DNA from: Candidatus Pacearchaeota archaeon
GTDB taxonomy: Archaea > Nanobdellota > Nanobdellia > Pacearchaeales > GW2011-AR1
DNA: 64,000 bases
Assembly (NCBI GenBank): GCA_017609285.1
Contig: JAFCEE010000001.1
Location: 18,475-82,474 of the forward strand
Direction of reading: 5' to 3'
Position 1 is the first letter of the stretch. Each line of letters opens with the position of its first letter. Made by a program: the position numbers and the translations under genes. This document shows positions 47,798-55,889 of the stretch, one piece after another. Below the pieces are notes generated by a model that was not told the origin of the DNA, did not search any database, and worked only from the letters and a program-made list of their open reading frames with translations.

Positions 47798-49189
47798 ATG
47801 GGTTTTTTTATTTATGACCTGATTTTCTTAATAGTATTTGGAACTTTTCTAACAATATTTCTTATAAAAAGAAAAGAAAAAATACAAAGAGAAGGTATAT
47901 TGATTCTTTATAGGACCAAATTAGGGATTAAAATTATAGATTATTTATCTAAAAGGCATAAAAAATTTATAAAATCATTAGAGTATATTGTCATTTTCAT
48001 TGGCTATGCTTTAATGTTAAGTATGCTTTATCTTTTATTTCACCTTGTGTATATATTTTCTAAATTTCCAGAATTTATTAGGGCTGTAAAAATTCCGCCA
48101 TTAATGCCTTTAATTCCTTATATACCGAGAATTTTTAAAATAGATTTTTTGCCTCCTTTTTATTTTACATATTGGATAATTGTTTTGGCTGTAGCTGCGA
48201 TAAGTCATGAATTTTGTCATGGAATCTTTTCCAGAATAAATAATGTCAAGATAAAAAGCACTGGTTTTGCTTTTTTAGGCCCTTTTACTGGAGCTTTTGT
48301 AGAGCCTGATGAAGCTAAAATAAAAAAGTTGCGAATTAAAAATCAGCTCGCAATTTTATCTGCTGGCACTTTTGCTAATATTTTGATGACTCTTCTTTTC
48401 TTTATAATTATGTGGCTTTTTTTTATTTCTGTCTTTACACCTGCAGGAGTAGTATTTAATACATATACTTTTTCAGTTGTTAATGTAAGTCAAATAAAAC
48501 CTGCTGGAGAAAATCTTTTTGTCGAATTTAATGGCGGTTTAAATTTAACCAAAGTTTCTGTTGATGGTAAGAATTACTATGTAGAAAATAAGGATTTAAA
48601 GTTGAAAGAAAACACAATTATTGTCTATGAAGATACACCGGCACTAAAAGCAGGTCTTGCAGGAGTAATTATAGAATTTGAGGGTAAAAAAATCAGGACT
48701 AATAGAGACTTACAGCAAGAACTTTTAAGTAAAAAACCTAATGAGATAGTAAAAATAAAAACATTATTCAATAATTCTATAAAAAAATATGAGATTAAAT
48801 TAATAGAAAGGCCTGACAATAAAAGCCGGGCATATTTGGGAATAGCCCTAATCAGAACTGAGAGCTTATCTTTGTTAGGTAAGTTGAGAAGTAAAATTTT
48901 ATTTTTCAAAGATCCAAATACTTATTATAAGCCGAAAATAGCTGAAGACTTGGTTGTTTTTATATACAACCTTATCTGGTGGATTATTCTTATCAATTTT
49001 AGTGTTGCTTTAGTTAATATGCTGCCCTTAGGTATATTTGATGGCGGCAGAGTTTTTTTCTTAAGTGTTTTGGCAATGACAAAATCTGAAAAGATAGCCA
49101 GAAAAGCATATAAGTTTTCTACTTATTTTTTATTATTTATCTTTTTGTTGTTGATGTATTTGTGGTTTATTAATTTTTTTGGATTATAA
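47798..49189 (+). CDS. Site-2 protease (peptidase M50) with PDZ-like insert
   Basis: HEFCH, GAFVEPD, AGTFAN, NMLPLGIFDGG. Confidence 0.93.
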   Translation: MGFFIYDLIFLIVFGTFLTIFLIKRKEKIQREGILILYRTKLGIKIIDYLSKRHKKFIKSLEYIVIFIGYALMLSMLYLLFHLVYIFSKFPEFIRAVKIPPLMPLIPYIPRIFKIDFLPPFYFTYWIIVLAVAAISHEFCHGIFSRINNVKIKSTGFAFLGPFTGAFVEPDEAKIKKLRIKNQLAILSAGTFANILMTLLFFIIMWLFFISVFTPAGVVFNTYTFSVVNVSQIKPAGENLFVEFNGGLNLTKVSVDGKNYYVENKDLKLKENTIIVYEDTPALKAGLAGVIIEFEGKKIRTNRDLQQELLSKKPNEIVKIKTLFNNSIKKYEIKLIERPDNKSRAYLGIALIRTESLSLLGKLRSKILFFKDPNTYYKPKIAEDLVVFIYNLIWWIILINFSVALVNMLPLGIFDGGRVFFLSVLAMTKSEKIARKAYKFSTYFLLFIFLLLMYLWFINFFGL

Positions 49190-49299
49190 TTAAAATAAGT
49201 TTTTATCTTTATTAATTTATAACTTATTATAACTTAACTTAACAACTTAATAGGACTTATTTTAGATAGGTTTAAATAAAATTTTTTCTTCAGTTTGTG

Positions 49300-49372
49300 G
49301 GGCTGGTAGTCTAATGGCTTAGGACATCTTCTTCGCTAGAAGAAAATCTGGGTTCGATTCCCAGCCAGTCCA
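49300..49372 (+). tRNA. tRNA-Ala(CGC)
   Basis: GGGCTGG/CCAGTCC acceptor with G3:U70, A73; TCTTC-TTCGCTA-GAAGA anticodon arm; TTCGATT T-loop. Confidence 0.92.
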
Positions 49373-49443
49373 TTTTTGTTTTTTGTAAATTATTATTTTT
49401 ATTATTTAGTAAGATTTAAAATAACTATCATTTTGGTCTTGTT

Positions 49444-50415
49444 ATGATATCTGAAAAAGTAAAGAAAATATTGAAGAAACAGCACTATTCTCTTGTTGGC
49501 AAACATTCAGCTGTACAGATATGCAGATGGACAAAAAAAAGTTTGAAAGATGAAGGAGTTTGTTATAAAGAGAAATTTTATGGCGTAAAAAGTCATAGAT
49601 GCTGTCAGATGTCTCCTTACATAGCTTGTCCTAATCAATGCGTACATTGCTGGCGTCCTATTGAACTGGATTATGGTTTAAAATTGGAACCTGAAATAGA
49701 AAGTATAGATAAGCCAAAAGAAATTATAAAGAAAAGCATAGAAGCTCAAAGAAAATTATTAAGTGGATTTAAAGGTTATGAGAAAGTTAACAAAAAGAAA
49801 TTAGAAGAAGCTCAAAATCCTACACAATTTGCCATATCTTTAATAGGAGAACCAACTTTATATCCAAAATTAGCTGAACTTATCTGGGAATTAAGAAAAC
49901 AGGGCAAATCTACATTCTTAGTTACAAATGGTTTATATCCAGAAAGATTACTAGAATTGAAAAAGAAAAAAGCTCTTCCAACCCAGCTCTATGTTTCCTT
50001 AAATGCGCCCAACAAAGGGATGTATGAAAGGTGGCATAGGTCTAAATTAAAAGATGCCTGGAAAAGATTTAATTCTACTTTAGCCTTATTCTCAAAATTG
50101 TCCACAAGGAGGGTAATTAGGCTAACTTTAGTTAGGGATTTGAATATTTCTCCTGACTACCTGAAAGGATATGCAAAATTAATTTTAAAAGCAAAACCGG
50201 ATTTTATTGAAGTTAAAGCTTACATGGCAGTAGGTTATGCAAGAAAAAGATTAGAATATGAAAGAATGCCTTCTCATGATGAGATTAAGGATTTTGCAAA
50301 GAAACTTTTAAAATTTTTGGGAGAATATAAATTTTTAGATGAACAAGTAATAAGTAGAGTTGTGTTGTTAGGCAAAGATAAAGGGAAAATGAAGATTAAG
50401 AAGAGTGAGATTTAG
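49444..50415 (+). CDS. taw1: 4-demethylwyosine synthase Taw1/TYW1 (radical SAM)
   Basis: HSAVQICRWTK, CYKEKFYG..SHRC.QM, CPNQCVHCWR, AISLIGEP. Confidence 0.95.
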   Translation: MISEKVKKILKKQHYSLVGKHSAVQICRWTKKSLKDEGVCYKEKFYGVKSHRCCQMSPYIACPNQCVHCWRPIELDYGLKLEPEIESIDKPKEIIKKSIEAQRKLLSGFKGYEKVNKKKLEEAQNPTQFAISLIGEPTLYPKLAELIWELRKQGKSTFLVTNGLYPERLLELKKKKALPTQLYVSLNAPNKGMYERWHRSKLKDAWKRFNSTLALFSKLSTRRVIRLTLVRDLNISPDYLKGYAKLILKAKPDFIEVKAYMAVGYARKRLEYERMPSHDEIKDFAKKLLKFLGEYKFLDEQVISRVVLLGKDKGKMKIKKSEI

Positions 50416-50743
50416 AATATTTTTCTCTGGCATTTTCTTCATCTTCTTCATTTAAAAAGCTGGGAGAAAAAAATCTGTCATCTTCCAGACCCTCGGTAAA
50501 GTAAAGATCCATAAGTCTTTGCGCTTTTCTGAGAACAGAATCCCTTGGGTTTTTTTCCAAAAGAAAGATAAATTCTGATTCATCGAGAATTCTGCCATTA
50601 GGCAACGCTACTCTGTCAGGGATATATGGATTGCCTTGCCAATCTTGTAGATAGACAAAACCCTCACTTTCAAGTGAGTTAATCTCTTCTCGAATTCTGG
50701 AAATAGAATCATCAAAACTTTCAGAATTATTGGTAGATTCCAT
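50396..50743 (-). CDS. Hypothetical acidic protein
   Basis: 115-aa ORF following the 116-aa gene; 20-nt tail overlap with taw1. Confidence 0.55.
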   Translation of the reverse strand: MESTNNSESFDDSISRIREEINSLESEGFVYLQDWQGNPYIPDRVALPNGRILDESEFIFLLEKNPRDSVLRKAQRLMDLYFTEGLEDDRFFSPSFLNEEDEENAREKYSKSHSS

Positions 50744-50757
50744 TTTAATCCTAAATC

Positions 50758-51108
50758 CTACAGGTAAATAATTCCCTCTTTGGTTAGGGCAGTAAATCTA
50801 ACTCCAACAGGAATAGAAAGTAGAGCTGAGATTAAAGCCATATGCTCTTTTCCTGTTCCTGAAGCTATAGATAAAGCAACTTCTGTTCCCTTAATTTTGT
50901 TCTTTAATTTTTTTTCCAACTCCTCTTTTAAGTCCTTAATTCCTTGGCTACTTTTCACTTTTATAAACTCGTGTTTTTGCTCACAATTGAATTTTTCAGC
51001 AAATTCATTTCCTATTAGGATTACATTTTCCCATTCTCCTCTTTTTATTAGGCCAGCTACTTGTCCCCAAGTCCCTTTTCCTGAAGATAACAAAGCTATG
51101 AGTTCCAT
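50758..51108 (-). CDS. Conserved hypothetical Rossmann-like protein (possibly CARF-like)
   Basis: ALLSSGKGTW and ALSIASGTGKEHMALISA motifs. Confidence 0.7.
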   Translation of the reverse strand: MELIALLSSGKGTWGQVAGLIKRGEWENVILIGNEFAEKFNCEQKHEFIKVKSSQGIKDLKEELEKKLKNKIKGTEVALSIASGTGKEHMALISALLSIPVGVRFTALTKEGIIYL

Positions 51109-51205
51109 TTTGTTTAGTTTTTATTTGGTCTTGCTTTTTTATAAAAAGAGTGCATTTATAATAATTTGTATAGTAAAGTTTATAAATAACTATCTCTAAG
51201 CAAAA

Positions 51206-51316
51206 TTGCCATAAACACAGAAAATTGAAATTTTCTGTTTATTCAACTCTTATGGGTTGAAGACTACATAATCAAGAGATAAATTCTAGGCTCTTGGTTT
51301 ATAATGTAGGAGGCAA
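51206..51316 (+). ncRNA. Candidate multi-branch structured RNA / leader upstream of rpl1
   Basis: Closing stem ttgcc/ggcaa enclosing three hairpins, ~25 nt downstream of TATA tttataaata. Confidence 0.6.
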
Positions 51317-51373
51317 GAAATTTCACTATACAACTTATTGAAATTAAAGTAATAAACGAATTTGGGTAAGAGA

Positions 51374-51997
51374 ATGGAAAAAGCTAAAATTTTAGAAGCT
51401 CTAAAAAAATTAAGAGAAGAGACTAAGAAAAGAAATTTTTCTCAATCTGTAGACTTAATTATAAATCTTAAAAATTTTAATGTTAAAAGCGAGTCTATAA
51501 ACCTCTTTTTAGAGTTGCCGCATAAAGTAAAAGACAAAAAGATTGCAGCTTTTCTAAATAAAAAAAGCAATCTTGTCGACACTATAACAAAACAAGAATT
51601 TGATAAGTATAAGGATAAGAAAAAGATAAAGAAACTTGTTAAGAGTTATGATTTCTTTATCTCTGCAGCTTCCTTAATGCCTACTGTTGCTTCTACATTT
51701 GGAAGATATTTGGGTCCTGAAGGAAAAATGCCTTCGCCCCAATTAGGGATATTAAGACAAGAGAGCGAGGAAGAAATTAAGGGTGTTTTAGCTAAGTTCG
51801 AAAAGGTTGTTAGGATAAAAAGTAAAGAACCAAGTTTGAAAATTTGTATAGGGAAAGAAAATATGAGTGACGAAGATATATCTGAAAATATTATGGCTAC
51901 TTACAATGCTATAATAAATGCTCTTCCTAAGAAAAAAGAGAATGTTAAGAATATTATAATTAAATTTACTATGGGAAAGCCATTGAAAGTAGAATAA
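51374..51997 (+). CDS. rpl1: 50S ribosomal protein L1 (probable start ATG 51374)
   Basis: RNFSQSVDLIINLK, GRYLGPEGKMP, KFTMG. Confidence 0.95.
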   Translation: MEKAKILEALKKLREETKKRNFSQSVDLIINLKNFNVKSESINLFLELPHKVKDKKIAAFLNKKSNLVDTITKQEFDKYKDKKKIKKLVKSYDFFISAASLMPTVASTFGRYLGPEGKMPSPQLGILRQESEEEIKGVLAKFEKVVRIKSKEPSLKICIGKENMSDEDISENIMATYNAIINALPKKKENVKNIIIKFTMGKPLKVE

Positions 51998-51999
51998 AA

Positions 52000-52854
52000 A
52001 TGGAAAAAGAAAAGAAAAAATTTAGAGATAAAGAAATTCCAGAGAAGAAGAAAAAGCAAGTTGAGGAAATTGTAGATTTAATAAAGAAAAGCGAGAGTAT
52101 AGTTATTGTTTCTATTAAAAACCTGCCAACAAAACAATTCCAGTTGATAAAGAAACAATTAAGGGGCAAGGCAATAATAAAAGTTGTGAAGAAGAGTATA
52201 ATAAGTAGGGCGATAGATAAAATAGAAAAAGGTGCTATTAAAAATTTTAAAAAATATTTAGGGGAGGACCAAGCATTAATTTTCTCTGAACTGAATCCTT
52301 TTGAGTTATCTTCTATTCTTTCGAAAAATAAATCTATGGCAAGAGCTAAGGTTGGACAAAAGGTAGAAGAAGATGTTGTTATTGAACCCGGGCCAACCGA
52401 ATTAGTTCCTGGACCAGTTATTTCAGAATTAGGTGGTTTGGGTATTAAATTTGCGGTAGAAGATGGTAAAATAAACATCAAAGAGAAAAAAGTTATTTTA
52501 AAGGCGGGAGAAGAAGTTAACGAACAAGCAGCAAGTATAATGGGTAAGTTAGATATGAAACCTATTGCAGTAGGTTTAGAGCCTGTAGTTGCTTATGATG
52601 CTAAAGAAGACAAGATATATGAAGATATAAAGATAGACCAAGACAAAGTGTTAGAGGAATTAAAAGAAAGCAAGAGAAAGGCATTAGGATTTGCTGTCAA
52701 GATTGTATATGCTTGTAAGGAAACAATTGGGTTCTTATTAAGGAAAGTTGAGGCTGAAAAAAAAGTTTTGGAAAAATTTATTAAAGAAGAAAGTAAGGAA
52801 GAAGAAAATACTCAACAAAATAAACAAGAAGAAAACAAGGAGGAAGGAAAATAA
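52000..52854 (+). CDS. rplP0: 50S ribosomal protein L10 (P0)
   Basis: NPFEL, GPTELVPGP, MKPIAVGL. Confidence 0.95.
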   Translation: MEKEKKKFRDKEIPEKKKKQVEEIVDLIKKSESIVIVSIKNLPTKQFQLIKKQLRGKAIIKVVKKSIISRAIDKIEKGAIKNFKKYLGEDQALIFSELNPFELSSILSKNKSMARAKVGQKVEEDVVIEPGPTELVPGPVISELGGLGIKFAVEDGKINIKEKKVILKAGEEVNEQAASIMGKLDMKPIAVGLEPVVAYDAKEDKIYEDIKIDQDKVLEELKESKRKALGFAVKIVYACKETIGFLLRKVEAEKKVLEKFIKEESKEEENTQQNKQEENKEEGK

Positions 52855-52856
52855 AA

Positions 52857-53144
52857 ATGGAATATATGTATGCCGCGCTTTTACTTCACAAGTTGGGGGA
52901 GGCAATTAGTGAAGAGAACTTGAAAAAAGTTATTTCAGCTACAGGGAAACCAATAGATGAAGCGAAAGTTAAAGTGTTAGTAGAGAGTCTGAGAGATGTT
53001 GACATAGATAAAGAATTAGAGCAAGCAACTGTAACAAGCGTAGCTCCAGCTGCAGGTGGAGAAGAGAAAGTTGAAGAGAAGAAAGAAGAAAAAGAAGAAA
53101 AAGCATCAGAAGCTGCAGAAGGCCTGTCAAGTCTGTTTGGTTAG
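52857..53144 (+). CDS. rpl12: 50S ribosomal stalk protein L12 (P1)
   Basis: MEYMYAALLLH...EGLSSLFG. Confidence 0.96.
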   Translation: MEYMYAALLLHKLGEAISEENLKKVISATGKPIDEAKVKVLVESLRDVDIDKELEQATVTSVAPAAGGEEKVEEKKEEKEEKASEAAEGLSSLFG

Positions 53145-53234
53145 TTTTAATTATTAAAGATAAAAAAAGACAGGTCTTTTCAAAGCTAGTTCTAACTGTA
53201 AAGTTTAAAAGTCTCTATTTTCTTGTAAAAATAT

Positions 53235-53366
53235 GCCGCTGTCGCATAATGGTATTGCACCAGGCTTGAGAGCAGAAGAACCTGGGTTCTTCCGAACAAT
53301 CTCCTTTATAAAGAACAAGCAACCTGGGCCCTTCGGGGCATCCCGGTTCGATTCCGGGCAGCGGCG
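53235..53366 (+). tRNA. tRNA-Ser(TGA) with a 51-nt intron at 37/38 (53271-53321)
   Basis: GCCGCTG/CAGCGGC acceptor, G73, long variable arm GCCCTTCGGGGC; CTTG pairs with intron CAAG followed by a 3-nt bulge. Confidence 0.9.
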
Positions 53367-53413
53367 TAGTTTATTATGACAGAATTAAATTTGAATATTA
53401 AAAAGAACAATAT

Positions 53414-53713
53414 CTAACTCTTAAAAATTTCTTTTAAATTTTTCCAGAAAAGCTTAATTTTATCAAAAAACCCTTCTTCCTTTTTTTCCAATTCTTGTAA
53501 GATTGGTTCTCTTTCTATTTTTATTAATGGTTTTTCTTTTAATTTTGGTGCAGATTTTGCCAACTCTTCATTAGTTATTTTTATGGCCCTACTTACCTCA
53601 CTCCTCGAATAGCCTTGGTTGATTAAAGCCCATTTTAAACTTTCAAGAGTGTAACCTTTAGAAAGATTTTTTTTCAAATAGTCTACCAACTGTTTGATGT
53701 AACTTTCTGCCAT
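53414..53713 (-). CDS. Conserved hypothetical protein
   Basis: YLKKNLSKGYTLESLKWALINQGY pattern. Confidence 0.75.
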   Translation of the reverse strand: MAESYIKQLVDYLKKNLSKGYTLESLKWALINQGYSRSEVSRAIKITNEELAKSAPKLKEKPLIKIEREPILQELEKKEEGFFDKIKLFWKNLKEIFKS

Positions 53714-54144
53714 ATCTATGCCTCTTTTTTATTTTAAATTAAAGAATTAAAAGTTTATAAAGTTTGTTAAGAATGGGTTGTCTAAAAAATAAATATAAAC
53801 CTCTAGAACCTGAATTATTAATTTAAGATTTTAAGGTGATAAATTCCTACAAAAAACATACCTAAAAGAATAAAACTGCTAACTAAAAAATTTAAGCAAC
53901 AGGCGTGGAAGATTCAAGAATAGCATACGAACACGCATTAAAATCATCAGGAAAAAAGAGAAAATGTAATGGAATTTTTCATGAGGGTTATCCTGGTGGT
54001 GATGAAGTTGAAGCTTCCTGTTTCAAAAGACAGGGTCCTGGTTAGTTATATTAATAATAATTGGAATAATTGTTTATTTATTCTACAGGAAAAAGAAATC
54101 TTTAACAAGTTTTTAATTGGTTTTAAAAAACTCAAAAATTGTTT

Positions 54145-55854
54145 TTAAATATGTTGTCTTTCTACTTTTGGATGCTCGTGTCCTTCTTCTATTCTCTCTT
54201 TTAGGTTTTCTATTTGCTTTTGTTTTTCTTTTTCATAAAATTTTTTTCTTGTCTTAAATTTCTCTATTATTTTGGCTGTATATTGTCCGCCTAAAAAATG
54301 AGGCATAACTACATAATCAGCTCCTTCTTTGTAAAGTTTTAATGCATCAGAAATTTGATGTGCAGTTAATATAACAACCGATTTGTTATTTGTCTTCCTT
54401 ATCATATTTAGAATGAGAAGATTAATTTCAAAATCTGGAATAGTAGAAATGATAAGTTTTGCTTTATCTATTCTTAAGTCTTGTAAAAATTCTGTATCCT
54501 GCGCATCACCATATACACAAACTATTTTTTTAGCTTCAAGCTTTTTAACTGTTTCTGGATTGAAGTCAACTATTATATACCTCCTTTTTAGTTTTGTTAA
54601 GGTTTTAAGTAAGGAAAATCCAATTCTATTATACCCAAACAAGATAAATTCATAATCTTTCTTTTTCAACTCTCTCTCTTTTATCTTCTTTCTTTCAAAT
54701 ATGCTTAGTGGCTTAGAAAATAGAGGGAATATTTTGTTAGAATAAATCATAGCATAAGTTGAAAAAGCAATAGTAATGATGCCAGTTAATATTATTACAG
54801 GGGAAACTGATTTTGGTATTTGGCCAAGAGAAGATGCAAGAGCAATTAAAATAAATGAAAATTCTGAGATCTGACCTAAAGAAATTCCAGTAAAGAAGCT
54901 TGTTCTTTTTGTATAACCAGTAATTCCTAAAGAAGCCATTATAATTAAAAGTTTAAAGATAATGACAAAAGCAGAGAAAATTAAAGCAGGTTTTAAAATA
55001 GAAGGTATACTATCAAGAGGAAGGTTCATTCCCAATAAAACAAAAAATATGACTATGAAAAAATCTCTTAATGGCCTTATTTTAGATGCTATCTCTGCAT
55101 GGTATGGAGAAAGGGAAAGAGACATTCCAGCAAGTAAGGCGCCAATTTCCATGCTTTTAAAAAGATAAAAAAATGTTGAGGCGAGTAAAAAGCACCACCC
55201 TATTGAAAAAAGTAGGAGAAGCTCTTGATTTTTTGCCACAAATTTTGTTATGCTTGGCAAAACATAAACACTCAAAAATATAAGTGAGATTATAACAAGT
55301 GCAGCATAAAAAATAATGTTAGGGGATACACTCCAACTAAAACCTTTTGAAAAATAGGATAAGAAAAGTAAAAGGAAAATAACAACAATGTCTTGTAAAA
55401 TTAATATACCCACAGATATCTTACCATATAAAGTTTCTAAGTCAGATTTATCTGAAAGTATTTTTGTAATTATAATAGTAGAGGAAAAAGTTAAAGCAAA
55501 AGCTATGTATAATGAAGTGATGATAGGAAAATTAAGAAGTAAAGCGAGGAAAAAAGCAGCAAGGGCTGTGAAAACTATCTGTATGGTTCCTGCAACAATA
55601 GAGATAAACCCAACTTCTTTGATTACTTTAGGGTTTAGATGTAAACCAACTATAAATAAAAGGAAGGCAACTCCCATCTGTGAGAAAGTCTGCACTGTTT
55701 CATTTTCTGATACCAGGTGAAGAAAAAAAGGGCTTATCAAAATACCAGTTATTATATAAGCTATAATTGGAGGTTGTTTTAAAATTCTTGCAACAAAAGA
55801 TATAACAAGAACAGCTAAAATCAGCATACTTATTTGAATGAATATGCTTAACAT
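54145..55854 (-). CDS. CPA2/Kef-type cation:proton antiporter with TrkA-N (RCK) domain
   Basis: About 12 TMs, SSTII, LILQD, GQISEF; FGYNRIG...YGDA. Confidence 0.92.
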   Translation of the reverse strand: MLSIFIQISMLILAVLVISFVARILKQPPIIAYIITGILISPFFLHLVSENETVQTFSQMGVAFLLFIVGLHLNPKVIKEVGFISIVAGTIQIVFTALAAFFLALLLNFPIITSLYIAFALTFSSTIIITKILSDKSDLETLYGKISVGILILQDIVVIFLLLFLSYFSKGFSWSVSPNIIFYAALVIISLIFLSVYVLPSITKFVAKNQELLLLFSIGWCFLLASTFFYLFKSMEIGALLAGMSLSLSPYHAEIASKIRPLRDFFIVIFFVLLGMNLPLDSIPSILKPALIFSAFVIIFKLLIIMASLGITGYTKRTSFFTGISLGQISEFSFILIALASSLGQIPKSVSPVIILTGIITIAFSTYAMIYSNKIFPLFSKPLSIFERKKIKERELKKKDYEFILFGYNRIGFSLLKTLTKLKRRYIIVDFNPETVKKLEAKKIVCVYGDAQDTEFLQDLRIDKAKLIISTIPDFEINLLILNMIRKTNNKSVVILTAHQISDALKLYKEGADYVVMPHFLGGQYTAKIIEKFKTRKKFYEKEKQKQIENLKERIEEGHEHPKVERQHI

Positions 55855-55889
55855 TTTGGTTTTCCTCTTTTTTTAACTTAGTCGTGTAA

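Noticed and set aside
53235..53366. Selenocysteine or opal-suppressor tRNA
   Set aside because: Anticodon TGA reads UCA (Ser); Sec or opal suppression needs TCA; the 7-bp acceptor stem is standard
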